A model generated the notes under the pieces. The model worked only from the letters and a program-made list of their open reading frames with translations, ran no database searches and had not been told where the DNA came from. Made by a program: the position numbers and the translations under genes. Below are positions 1 through 15,000 of a DNA stretch of 64,000 nt, piece after piece. Position 1 is the first letter of the stretch. The number at the start of each line of letters is the position of its first letter. This stretch comes from Eledone cirrhosa (taxonomy: Eukaryota): positions 332,134,001 to 332,198,000 of the forward strand of contig OZ024743.1 in assembly GCA_964016885.1 (NCBI GenBank), read 5' to 3'.

Positions 1-3000
1 AGTGATACAATGTGTACCTGGGTATTTATAACTCTAGGCTAGTGATACAATGTGTACCTGGGTATTTAAAACTCTAGGCTAGTGATACAATGTGTACCTG
101 GATATTTAAAATTCTAGGCTAGTGATACAATGTGTACCTGGGTATTTAAAATTCTAGGCTAGTGATACAATGTGTACCTAGGTATTTAAAACTCTAGGCT
201 AGTGATACAATGTGTACCTGGATATTTAAAATTCTAGGCTGGTGATACAATGTGTACCTGGGTATTTAAAACCCTTGGCTAATGATACAATGTGTACCTG
301 GGTATTTAAAACTCTTGGCTAGTGATACAATGTGTACCTGGGTATTTATAACTCTAGGCTAGCGATACAATGTGTACCTGGGTGTTTAAAACCCTTGGCT
401 AGTGATACAATGTGTAACTTGGTATTTAAAACTCTAGGCTAGTGATACAATGTGTACCTGGGTATTTATAACTCTAGGCTAGTGATACAATGTGTACCTG
501 GGTATTTAAAACCCTTGGCTAGTGATACAATGTGTAACTTGGTATTTAAAACTCTAGGCTAGTGATACAATGTGTACCTGGGTATTTATAACTCTAGGCT
601 AGTGATACAATGTGTACCTGGGTATTTAAAACCCTTGGCTAGTGATACAATGTGAAACTTGGTATTTAAAACTCTAGGCTAGTGATACAATGTGTACCTG
701 GGTATTTATAACTCTAGGCTAGTGATACAATGTGTACCTGGGTATTTAAAACCCTTGGCTAGTGATACAATGTGTAACTTGGTATTTAAAACTCTTGGCT
801 AATGATACAATGTGTACCTGGGTATTTAAAACCCTTGGCTAGTGATAAAATGTGTAACTTGGTATTTAAAACTCTTGGCTAGTGATACAATGTGTACCTG
901 AGTATTTAAAACTCTAGGTTAGTGATACAATGTGTACCTGAGTATTTAAAACTCTAGGCTAGTGATACAATGTGTATCTGTGTATTTATAACTCTAGGCT
1001 AGTGATAAAATGTGTACATGGGTTATTTATAACTTTAGGCTAGTGATACAATGTGTACCTGGGTATTTAAAACTCTTGGCTAGTGATATAATGTGTACCT
1101 GGATATTTAAAACTCTTGGCTAGTGATACAATGTGTACCTGGGCATTTAAAACTCTTAGCTAGCTATATAATGTGTACCTGGGTATTTAGTGCCCTACGC
1201 TAGCCATACAATGTGTACCTGGGTATTTAAAATTCTAGGCTAGTGATACAATGTGTACCTGGGTATTTAAAACTCTAGGCTAGTGATACAATGTGTACCT
1301 GGATATTTAAAATTCTAGGCTAGTGATACAATGTGTACCTGGATATTTAAAACTTTAGGCTAGTGATACAATGTGTACCTCGGTATTTAAAACTCAAGGT
1401 TAGTGATTCAATCTGTACCTAGGTATTTAAAACTCTAGGCTAGTGATACAATGTGTACCTGGGTATTTAAAACTCAAGGTTAGTGATACAATGTGTACCT
1501 GTGTATTTAAAACTCTAGGTTAGTGATACAATGTGTACCTGGGTATTTGAAACTCTAGGCTAGGGATACAATGTGTACCTGGGTATTTTAAACTCTAAGC
1601 TAGTGATACAATGTGTACCTGGATATTTAAAACTCTAGGCTAGTGATAAAATGTGTACCTGGATATTTAAAACTCTAGGTTAGTGATACAATGTGTACCT
1701 GGTATTTAAAACTCTAGGTTAGTGATACAATGTGTACCTGGGTATTTAAAACTCTAGGCTAGTGTTACAATGTGTACCTGGGTATTTAAAACTCTAGGTT
1801 AGTGATACAATGTGTACCTGGGTATTTAAAACTTTAGGCTAGTGATACAATGTGTACCTGGGTATTCAAAATTCTAGGTTAGTGATACAATGTGTACCTG
1901 GGTATTTAAAACTCTTGGCTAGTGATATAATGTGTACCTGGATATTTAAAACTCTTGGCTAGTGATACAATGTGTACCTGGGCATTTAAAACTCTTAGCT
2001 AGCTATATAATGTGTGCCTGGGTATTTAGTGCCCTACGCTAGCCATACAATGTGTACCTGGGTATTTAAAATTCTAGGCTAGTGATACAATGTGTACCTG
2101 GGTGTTTAAAACTCTAGGCTAGTGATACAATGTGTACCTGGGTATTTATAACTCTAGGCTAGTGATACAATGTGTACCTGGGTATTTAAAACTCTAGGCT
2201 AGTGATACAATGTGTACCTGGATATTTAAAATTCTAGGCTAGTGATACAATGTGTACCTGGGTATTTAAAATTCTAGGCTAGTGATACAATGTGTACCTA
2301 GGTATTTAAAACTCTAGGCTAGTGATACAATGTGTACCTGGATATTTAAAATTCTAGGCTGGTGATACAATGTGTACCTGGGTATTTAAAATTCTAGGCT
2401 AGTGATACAATGTGTACCTGGGTATTTATAACTCTAGGCTAGTGATACAATGTGTACCTGGATATTTAAAATTCTAGGCTAGTGATACAATGTGTACCTG
2501 GGTATTTAAAATTATAGGCTAGTGATACAATGTGTACCTGGGTATTTATAACTCTAGGCTAGTGATACAATGTGTACCTGGGTATTTATAACTCTAGGCT
2601 AGTGATACAATGTGTACCTGGGTATTTAAAACTCTAGGCTAGCGATACAATGTGTACCTGGGTATTTAAAACTCTTGGCTAATGATACAATGTGTCCCTG
2701 GGTATTTAAAACTCTTGGCTAATGATACAATGTGTACCTGGGTATTTAAAACTCTTGGCTAGTGATACAATGTGTACCTGGGTATTTATAACTCTAGGCT
2801 AGCGATACAATGTGTACCTGGGTGTTTAAAACCCTTGGCTAGTGATACAATGTGAAACTTGGTATTTAAAACTCTAGGCTAGTGATACAATGTGTACCTG
2901 GGTATTTATAACTCTAGGCTAGTGATACAATGTGTACCTGGGTATTTAAAACCCTTGGCTAGTGATACAATGTGTAACTTGGTATTTAAAACTCTTGGCT

Positions 3001-6000
3001 AATGATACAATGTGTACCTGGGTATTTAAAACCCTTGGCTAGTGATACAATGTGTAACTTGGTATTTAAAACTCTTGGCTAGTGATACAATGTGTACCTG
3101 AGTATTTAAAACTCTAGGTTAGTGATACAATGTGTACCTGAGTATTTAAAACTCTAGGCTAGTGATACAATGTGTATCTGTGTATTTATAACTCTAGGCT
3201 AGTGATAAAATGTGTACATGGGTTATTTATAACTTTAGGCTAGTGATACAATGTGTACCTGGGTATTTAAAACTCTTGGCTAGTGATATAATGTGTACCT
3301 GGATATTTAAAACTCTTGGCTAGTGATACAATGTGTACCTGGGCATTTAAAACTCTTAGCTAGCTATATAATGTGTACCTGGGTATTTAGTGCCCTACGC
3401 TAGCCATACAATGTGTACCTGGGTATTTAAAATTCTAGGCTAGTGATACAATGTGTACCTGGGTATTTAAAACTCTAGGCTAGTGATACAATGTGTACCT
3501 GGATATTTAAAATTCTAGGCTAGTGATACAATGTGTACCTGGATATTTAAAACTCTAGGCTGGTGATACAATGTGTACCTGGGTATTTATAACTCTAGGC
3601 TAGTGATACAATGTGTACCTGGGTATTTATAACTCTAGGCTAGTGATACAATGTGTACCTGGGTATTTAAAACTCTAGGCTGGTGATACAATGTGTACCT
3701 GGGTATTTATAACTCTAGGCTAGTGATACAATGTGTACCTGGGTATTTATAACTCTAGGCTAGTGATACAATGTGTACCTGGGTATTTAAAACTCTAGGC
3801 TAGCGATACAATGTGTACCTGGGTATTTAAAACTCTTGGCTAGTGATACAATGTGTACCTGGGTATTTAAAACCCTTGGCTAATGATACAATGTGTAACT
3901 TGGTATTTAAAACTCTAGGCTAGTGATACAATGTGTACCTGGGTATTTAAAACTCTAAGCTAGCGATACAATGTGTACCTGGGTATTTAAAACTCTAGGC
4001 TAGCGATACAATGTGTACCTGGGTATTTAAAACTCTTGGCTAGTGATACAATGTGTACCTGTGTATTTAAAACTCTAGGTTAGTGATACAATGTGTACCT
4101 GGGTATTTGAAACTCTAGGCTAGGGATACAATGTGTACCTGGGTATTTTAAACTCTAAGCTAGTGATACAATGTGTACCTGGATATTTAAAACTCTAGGC
4201 TACTGATACAATGTGTACCTGGGTATTTATAACTCTAGGCTAGTGATACAATGTGTACCTGGGTATTTAAAACTCTAGGCTAGTGATACAATGTGTACCT
4301 GGATATTTAAAATTCTAGGCTAGTGATACAATGTGTACCTGGGTATTTAAAATTCTAGGCTAGTGATACAATGTGTACCTAGGTATTTAAAACTCTAGGC
4401 TAGTGATACAATGTGTACCTGGATATTTAAAATTCTAGGCTGGTGATACAATGTGTACCTGGGTATTTAAAATTCTAGGCTAGTGATACAATGTGTACCT
4501 GGGTATTTATAACTCTAGGCTAGTGATACAATGTGTACCTGGATATTTAAAATTCTAGGCTAGTGATACAATGTGTACCTGGGTATTTAAAATTATAGGC
4601 TAGTGATACAATGTGTACCTGGGTATTTATAACTCTAGGCTAGTGATACAATGTGTACCTGGGTATTTATAACTCTAGGCTAGTGATACAATGTGTACCT
4701 GGGTATTTAAAACTCTAGGCTAGCGATACAATGTGTACCTGGGTATTTAAAACTCTTGGCTAATGATACAATGTGTCCCTGGGTATTTAAAACTCTTGGC
4801 TAATGATACAATGTGTACCTGGATATTTAAAACTCTTGGCTAGTGATACAATGTGTACCTGGGTATTTATAACTCTAGGCTAGCGATACAATGTGTACCT
4901 GGGTGTTTAAAACCCTTGGCTAGTGATACAATGTGAAACTTGGTATTTAAAACTCTAGGCTAGTGATACAATGTGTACCTGGGTATTTATAACTCTAGGC
5001 TAGTGATACAATGTGTACCTGGGTATTTAAAACCCTTGGCTAGTGATACAATGTGTAACTTGGTATTTAAAACTCTTGGCTAATGATACAATGTGTACCT
5101 GGGTATTTAAAACCCTTGGCTAGTGATAAAATGTGTAACTTGGTATTTAAAACTCTTGGCTAGTGATACAATGTGTACCTGAGTATTTAAAACTCTAGGT
5201 TAGTGATACAATGTGTACCTGAGTATTTAAAACTCTAGGCTAGTGATACAATGTGTATCTGTGTATTTATAACTCTAGGCTAGTGATAAAATGTGTACAT
5301 GGGTTATTTATAACTTTAGGCTAGTGATACAATGTGTACCTGGGTATTTAAAACTCTTGGCTAGTGATATAATGTGTACCTGGATATTTAAAACTCTTGG
5401 CTAGTGATACAATGTGTACCTGGGCATTTAAAACTCTTAGCTAGCTATATAATGTGTACCTGGGTATTTAGTGCCCTACGCTAGCCATACAATGTGTACC
5501 TGGGTATTTAAAATTCTAGGCTAGTGATACAATGTGTACCTGGGTATTTAAAACTCTAGGCTAGTGATACAATGTGTACCTGGATATTTAAAATTCTAGG
5601 CTAGTGATACAATGTGTACCTGGATATTTAAAACTCTAGGCTGGTGATACAATGTGTACCTGGGTATTTATAACTCTAGGCTAGTGATACAATGTGTACC
5701 TGGGTATTTATAACTCTAGGCTAGTGATACAATGTGTACCTGGGTATTTAAAACTCTAGGCTGGTGATACAATGTGTACCTGGGTATTTATAACTCTATG
5801 CTAGTGATACAATGTGTACCTGGGTATTTATAACTCTAGGCTAGTGATACAATGTGTACCTGGGTATTTAAAACTCTAGGCTAGCGATACAATGTGTACC
5901 TGGGTATTTAAAACTCTTGGCTAGTGATACAATGTGTACCTGGGTATTTAAAACCCTTGGCTAATGATACAATGTGTAACTTGGTATTTAAAACTCTAGG

Positions 6001-9000
6001 CTAGTGATACAATGTGTACCTGGGTATTTAAAACTCTAAGCTAGCGATACAATGTGTACCTGGGTATTTAAAACTCTAGGCTAGCGATACAATGTGTACC
6101 TGGGTATTTAAAACTCTTGGCTAGTGATACAATGTGTACCTGTGTATTTAAAACTCTAGGTTAGTGATACAATGTGTACCTGGGTATTTGAAACTCTAGG
6201 CTAGGGATACAATGTGTACCTGGGTATTTTAAACTCTAAGCTAGTGATACAATGTGTACCTGGATATTTAAAACTCTAGGCTAGTGATACAATGTGTACC
6301 TGGATATTTAAAACTCTAGGTTAGTGATACAATGTGTATCTGGTATTTAAAACTCTAGGTTAGTGATACAATGTGTACCTGGGTATTTAAAACTCTAGGC
6401 TAGTGTTACAATGTGTACCTGGGTATTTAAAACTCGAGGTTAGTGATACAATGTGTACCTGGGTATTTAAAACTTTAGGCTAGTGATACAATGTGTACCT
6501 GGGTATTCAAAATTCTAGGTTAGTGATACAATGTGTACCTGGGTATTTAAAACTCTTGGCTAGTGATATAATGTGTACCTGGATATTTAAAACTCTTGGC
6601 TAGTGATACAATGTGTACCTGGGCATTTAAAACTCTTAGCTAGCTATATAATGTGTGCCTGGGTATTTAGTGCCCTACGCTAGCCATACAATGTGTACCT
6701 GGGTATTTAAAATTCTAGGCTAGTGATACAATGTGTACCTGGGTGTTTAAAACTCTAGGCTAGTGATACAATGTGTACCTGGGTATTTATAACTCTAGGC
6801 TAGTGATACAATGTGTACCTGGGTATTTAAAACTCTAGGCTAGTGATACAATGTGTACCTGGATATTTAAAATTCTAGGCTAGTGATACAATGTGTACCT
6901 GGGTATTTAAAATTCTAGGCTAGTGATACAATGTGTACCTAGGTATTTAAAACTCTAGGCTAGTGATACAATGTGTACCTGGATATTTAAAATTCTAGGC
7001 TGGTGATACAATGTGTACCTGGGTATTTAAAATTCTAGGCTAGTGATACAATGTGTACCTGGGTATTTATAACTCTAGGCTAGTGATACAATGTGTACCT
7101 GGATATTTAAAATTCTAGGCTAGTGATACAATGTGTACCTGGGTATTTAAAATTCTAGGCTAGTGATACAATGTGTACCTGGGTATTTATAACTCTAGGC
7201 TAGTGATACAATGTGTACCTGGGTATTTATAACTCTAGGCTAGTGATACAATGTGTACCTGGGTATTTAAAACTCTAGGCTAGCGATACAATGTGTACCT
7301 GGGTATTTAAAACTCTTGGCTAATGATACAATGTGTCCCTGGGTATTTAAAACTCTTGGCTAATGATACAATGTGTACCTGGGTATTTAAAACTCTTGGC
7401 TAGTGATACAATGTGTACCTGGGTATTTAAAACTCTAGGCTAGCGATACAATGTGTACCTGGGTGTTTAAAACCCTTGGCTAGTGATACAATGTGAAACT
7501 TGGTATTTAAAACTCTAGGCTAGTGATACAATGTGTACCTGGGTATTTATAACTCTAGGCTAGTGATACAATGTGTACCTGGGTATTTAAAACCCTTGGC
7601 TAGTGATACAATGTGTAACTTGGTATTTAAAACTCTTGGCTAATGATACCATGTGTACCTGGGTATTTAAAACCCTTGGCTAGTGATACAATGTGTAACT
7701 TGGTATTTAAAACTCTTGGCTAGTGATACAATGTGTACCTGAGTATTTAAAACTCTAGGTTAGTGATACAATGTGTACCTGAGTATTTAAAACTCTAGGC
7801 TAGTGATACAATGTGTATCTGTGTATTTATAACTCTAGGCTAGTGATAAAATGTGTACATGGGTTATTTATAACTTTAGGCTAGTGATACAATGTGTACC
7901 TGGGTATTTAAAACTCTTGGCTAGTGATATAATGTGTACCTGGATATTTAAAACTCTTGGCTAGTGATACAATGTGTACCTGGGCATTTAAAACTCTTAG
8001 CTAGCTATATAATGTGTACCTGGGTATTTAGTGCCCTACGCTAGCCATACAATGTGTACCTGGGTATTTAAAATTCTAGGCTAGTGATACAATGTGTACC
8101 TGGGTATTTAAAACTCTAGGCTAGTGATACAATGTGTACCTGGATATTTAAAATTCTAGGCTAGTGATACAATGTGTACCTGGATATTTAAAACTCTAGG
8201 CTGGTGATACAATGTGTACCTGGGTATTTATAACTCTAGGCTAGTGATACAATGTGTACCTGGGTATTTATAACTCTAGGCTAGTGATACAATGTGTACC
8301 TGGGTATTTAAAACACTAGGCTGGTGATACAATGTGTACCTGGGTATTTATAACTCTAGGCTAGTGATACAATGTGTACCTGGGTATTTATAACTCTAGG
8401 CTAGTGATACAATGTGTACCTGGGTATTTAAAACCCTTGGCTAGTGATACAATGTGTAACTTGGTATTTAAAACTCTTGGCTAATGATACAATGTGTACC
8501 TGGGTATTTAAAACCCTTGGCTAGTGATACAATGTGTAACTTGGTATTTAAAACTCTTGGCTAGTGATACAATGTGTACCTGAGTATTTAAAACTCTAGG
8601 TTAGTGATACAATGTGTACCTGAGTATTTAAAACTCTAGGCTAGTGATACAATGTGTATCTGTGTATTTATAACTCTAGGCTAGTGATAAAATGTGTACA
8701 TGGGTTATTTATAACTTTAGGCTAGTGATACAATGTGTACCTGGGTATTTAAAACTCTTGGCTAGTGATATAATGTGTACCTGGATATTTAAAACTCTTG
8801 GCTAGTGATACAATGTGTACCTGGGCATTTAAAACTCTTAGCTAGCTATATAATGTGTACCTGGGTATTTAGTGCCCTACGCTAGCCATACAATGTGTAC
8901 CTGGGTATTTAAAATTCTAGGCTAGTGATACAATGTGTACCTGGGTATTTAAAACTCTAGGCTAGTGATACAATGTGTACCTGGATATTTAAAATTCTAG

Positions 9001-12000
9001 GCTAGTGATACAATGTGTACCTGGATATTTAAAACTCTAGGCTGGTGATACAATGTGTACCTGGGTATTTATAACTCTAGGCTAGTGATACAATGTGTAC
9101 CTGGGTATTTATAACTCTAGGCTAGTGATACAATGTGTACCTGGGTATTTAAAACACTAGGCTGGTGATACAATGTGTACCTGGGTATTTATAACTCTAG
9201 GCTAGTGATACAATGTGTACCTGGGTATTTATAACTCTAGGCTAGTGATACAATGTGTACCTGGGTATTTAAAACTCTAGGCTAGCGATACAATGTGTAC
9301 CTGGGTATTTAAAACTCTTGGCTAGTGATACAATGTGTACCTGGGTATTTAAAACCCTTGGCTAATGATACAATGTGTAACTTGGTATTTAAAACTCTAG
9401 GCTAGTGATACAATGTGTACCTGGGTATTTAAAACTCTAAGCTAGCGATACAATGTGTACCTGGGTATTTAAAACTCTTGGCTAATGATACAATCTGTAC
9501 CTGGGTATTTAGTGCCCTAAGCTAGCCATACAATGTGTACCTGGGTATTTAAAACTCTTGGCTAGTGTTACAATGTGTACCTGGGTATTTAAAACTCTAG
9601 GTTAGTGATACAATGTGTACCTGGGTATTTATAACTCTAGGTGAGTGATACAATGTGTACCTGGGTATTTATAACTCTAGGCTAGTGATACAATGTGTAC
9701 CTCGATATTTAAAATTCTAGGCTAGTGATACAATGTGTACCTGGGTATTTAAAACTCTTGGCTAGCGATAAAATGTGTACATGGGTATTTAAAACTCCAG
9801 GCTAGTGATACAATGTGTACCTGGATATTTAAAATTCTAGGCTAGCTATACAATGTGTACCTGGGTATTTAGTGCCCTAAGCTAGCGATACAATGTGTAC
9901 CTGGGTATTTAATGCCCTAAGTTAGCGATACAATGTGTACCTGGGAATTTAAAACACTAGGCTAGTGATACAATGTGTACCTGGGTATTTAAAACTCTTG
10001 GCTAATGATACAATGTGTACCTGGGTATTTAAAACCCTTGGCTAGTGATACAATGTGTAACTTGGTATTTAAAACTCAAGGTTAGTGATACTATGTGTAC
10101 CTGGGTATTTAAAACTCTTGGCTAGTGATACAATGTGTACCTGGGTGGGTATTTAAATCTCTTTGCTAGTGCTATAATGTGTACCTGAATATTTAAAACT
10201 CTAGGCTAGCGATACAATGTGTACCTGGGTATTTAAAACTTTAGGCTAGTGATACAATGTGTACCTCGGTATTTAAAACTCAAGGTTAGTGATTCAATGT
10301 GTACCTAGGTATTTAAAACTCTAGGCTAGTGATACAATGTGTACCTTGGTATTTAAAACTCTAGGCTAGTGATACAATGTGTACCTGGATATTTAAAACT
10401 CTAGGTTAGTGATACAATGTGTACCTGGTATTTCAAACTCTAGGCTAGTGTTACAATGTGTACCTGGGTATTTAAAACTCTAGGTTAGTGATACAATGTG
10501 TACCTGGGTATTTAAAACTCTAGGCTAGTGTTACAATGTGTACCTGGGTATTTAAAACTCTAGGTTAGTGATACAATGTGTACCTGGGTATTTAAAACTT
10601 TAGGCTAGTGATACAATGTGTACCTGGGTATTCAAAATTCTAGGTTAGTGATACAATGTGTACCTGGGTATTTAAAACTCTTGGCTAGTGATATAATGTG
10701 TACCTGGGTATTTAAAACTCTAGGCTAGCGATACAATGTGTACCTGGGTATTTAAAACTCTTGGCTAATGATACAATGTGTACCTGGGTATTTAAAACTC
10801 TTGGCTAATAATACAATGTGTACCTGGGTATTTAAAACTCTTGGCTAGTGATACAATGTGTAACTTGGTATTTAAAACTCTTGGCTAGTGATACAATGTG
10901 TACCTGAGTATTTAAAACTCTAGGTTAGTGATACAATGTGTACCTGAGTATTTAAAACTCTAGGCTAGTGATACAATGTGTATCTGTGTATTTATAACTC
11001 TAGGCTAGTGATAAAATGTGTACATGGGTTATTTATAACTTTAGGCTAGTGATACAATGTGTACCTGGGTATTTAAAACTCTTGGCTAGTGATATAATGT
11101 GTACCTGGATATTTAAAACTCTTGGCTAGTGATACAATGTGTACCTGGGCATTTAAAACTCTTAGCTAGCTATATAATGTGTACCTGGGTATTTAGTGCC
11201 CTACGCTAGCCATACAATGTGTACCTGGGTATTTAAAATTCTAGGCTAGTGATACAATGTGTACCTGGGTATTTAAAACTCTAGGCTAGTGATACAATGT
11301 GTACCTGGATATTTAAAATTCTAGGCTAGTGATACAATGTGTACCTGGATATTTAAAACTCTAGGCTGGTGATACAATGTGTACCTGGGTATTTATAACT
11401 CTAGGCTAGTGATACAATGTGTACCTGGGTATTTATAACTCTAGGCTAGTGATACAATGTGTACCTGGGTATTTAAAACACTAGGCTGGTGATACAATGT
11501 GTACCTGGGTATTTATAACTCTAGGCTAGTGATACAATGTGTACCTGGGTATTTATAACTCTAGGCTAGTGATACAATGTGTACCTGGGTATTTAAAACT
11601 CTAGGCTAGCGATACAATGTGTACCTGGGTATTTAAAACTCTTGGCTAGTGATACAATGTGTACCTGGGTATTTAAAACCCTTGGCTAATGATACAATGT
11701 GTAACTTGGTATTTAAAACTCTAGGCTAGTGATACAATGTGTACCTGGGTATTTAAAACTCTAAGCTAGCGATACAATGTGTACCTGGGTATTTAAAACT
11801 CTTGGCTAATGATACAATCTGTACCTGGGTATTTAGTGCCCTAAGCTAGCCATACAATGTGTACCTGGGTATTTAAAACTCTTGGCTAGTGTTACAATGT
11901 GTACCTGGGTATTTAAAACTCTAGGTTAGTGATACAATGTGTACCTGGGTATTTATAACTCTAGGTGAGTGATACAATGTGTACCTGGGTATTTATAACT

Positions 12001-15000
12001 CTAGGCTAGTGATACAATGTGTACCTCGATATTTAAAATTCTAGGCTAGTGATACAATGTGTACCTGGGTATTTAAAACTCTTGGCTAGCGATAAAATGT
12101 GTACATGGGTATTTAAAACTCCAGGCTAGTGATACAATGTGTACCTGGATATTTAAAATTCTAGGCTAGCTATACAATGTGTACCTGGGTATTTAGTGCC
12201 CTAAGCTAGCGATACAATGTGTACCTGGGTATTTAATGCCCTAAGTTAGCGATACAATGTGTACCTGGGAATTTAAAACACTAGGCTAGTGATACAATGT
12301 GTACCTGGGTATTTAAAACTCTTGGCTAATGATACAATGTGTACCTGGGTATTTAAAACCCTTGGCTAGTGATACAATGTGTAACTTGGTATTTAAAACT
12401 CAAGGTTAGTGATACTATGTGTACCTGGGTATTTAAAACTCTTGGCTAGTGATACAATGTGTACCTGGGTGGGTATTTAAATCTCTTTGCTAGTGCTATA
12501 ATGTGTACCTGAATATTTAAAACTCTAGGCTAGCGATACAATGTGTACCTGGGTATTTAAAACTTTAGGCTAGTGATACAATGTGTACCTCGGTATTTAA
12601 AACTCAAGGTTAGTGATTCAATGTGTACCTAGGTATTTAAAACTCTAGGCTAGTGATACAATGTGTACCTTGGTATTTAAAACTCTAGGCTAGTGATACA
12701 ATGTGTACCTGGATATTTAAAACTCTAGGTTAGTGATACAATGTGTACCTGGTATTTCAAACTCTAGGCTAGTGTTACAATGTGTACCTGGGTATTTAAA
12801 ACTCTAGGTTAGTGATACAATGTGTACCTGGGTATTTAAAACTCTAGGCTAGTGTTACAATGTGTACCTGGGTATTTAAAACTCTAGGTTAGTGATACAA
12901 TGTGTACCTGGGTATTTAAAACTTTAGGCTAGTGATACAATGTGTACCTGGGTATTCAAAATTCTAGGTTAGTGATACAATGTGTACCTGGGTATTTAAA
13001 ACTCTTGGCTAGTGATATAATGTGTACCTGGGTATTTAAAACTCTAGGCTAGCGATACAATGTGTACCTGGGTATTTAAAACTCTTGGCTAATGATACAA
13101 TGTGTACCTGGGTATTTAAAACTCTTGGCTAATAATACAATGTGTACCTGGGTATTTAAAACTCTTGGCTAGTGATACAATGTGTACCTGGGTATTTAAA
13201 ACTCTAGGCTAGCGATACAATGTGTACCTGGGTGTTTAAAACCCTTGGCTAGTGATACAATGTGAAACTTGGTATTTAAAACTCTAGGCTAGTGATACAA
13301 TGTGTACCTGGGTATTTATAACTCTAGGCTAGTGATACAATGTGTACCTGGGTATTTAAAACCCTTGGCTAGTGATACAATGTGTAACTTGGTATTTAAA
13401 ACTCTTGGCTAATGATACAATGTGTACCTGGGTATTTAAAACCCTTGGCTAGTGATACAATGTGTAACTTGGTATTTAAAACTCTTGGCTAGTGATACAA
13501 TGTGTACCTGAGTATTTAAAACTCTAGGTTAGTGATACAATGTGTACCTGAGTATTTAAAACTCTAGGCTAGTGATACAATGTGTATCTGTGTATTTATA
13601 ACTCTAGGCTAGTGATAAAATGTGTACATGGGTTATTTATAACTTTAGGCTAGTGATACAATGTGTACCTGGGTATTTAAAACTCTTGGCTAGTGATATA
13701 ATGTGTACCTGGATATTTAAAACTCTTGGCTAGTGATACAATGTGTACCTGGGCATTTAAAACTCTTAGCTAGCTATATAATGTGTACCTGGGTATTTAG
13801 TGCCCTACGCTAGCCATACAATGTGTACCTGGGTATTTAAAATTCTAGGCTAGTGATACAATGTGTACCTGGGTATTTAAAACTCTAGGCTAGTGATACA
13901 ATGTGTACCTGGATATTTAAAATTCTAGGCTAGTGATACAATGTGTACCTGGATATTTAAAACTCTAGGCTGGTGATACAATGTGTACCTGGGTATTTAT
14001 AACTCTAGGCTAGTGATACAATGTGTACCTGGGTATTTATAACTCTAGGCTAGTGATACAATGTGTACCTGGGTATTTAAAACTCTAGGCTGGTGATACA
14101 ATGTGTACCTGGGTATTTATAACTCTAGGCTAGTGATACAATGTGTACCTGGGTATTTATAACTCTAGGCTAGTGATACAATGTGTACCTGGGTATTTAA
14201 AACTCTAGGCTAGCGATACAATGTGTACCTGGGTATTTAAAACTCTTGGCTAGTGATACAATGTGTACCTGGGTATTTAAAACCCTTGGCTAATGATACA
14301 ATGTGTAACTTGGTATTTAAAACTCTAGGCTAGTGATACAATGTGTACCTGGGTATTTAAAACTCTAAGCTAGCGATACAATGTGTACCTGGGTATTTAA
14401 AACTCTTGGCTAATGATACAATCTGTACCTGGGTATTTAGTGCCCTAAGCTAGCCATACAATGTGTACCTGGGTATTTAAAACTCTTGGCTAGTGTTACA
14501 ATGTGTACCTGGGTATTTAAAACTCTAGGTTAGTGATACAATGTGTACCTGGGTATTTATAACTCTAGGTGAGTGATACAATGTGTACCTGGGTATTTAT
14601 AACTCTAGGCTAGTGATACAATGTGTACCTCGATATTTAAAATTCTAGGCTAGTGATACAATGTGTACCTGGGTATTTAAAACTCTTGGCTAGCGATAAA
14701 ATGTGTACATGGGTATTTAAAACTCCAGGCTAGTGATACAATGTGTACCTGGATATTTAAAATTCTAGGCTAGCTATACAATGTGTACCTGGGTATTTAG
14801 TGCCCTAAGCTAGCGATACAATGTGTACCTGGGTATTTAATGCCCTAAGTTAGCGATACAATGTGTACCTGGGAATTTAAAACACTAGGCTAGTGATACA
14901 ATGTGTACCTGGGTATTTAAAACTCTTGGCTAATGATACAATGTGTACCTGGGTATTTAAAACCCTTGGCTAGTGATACAATGTGTAACTTGGTATTTAA

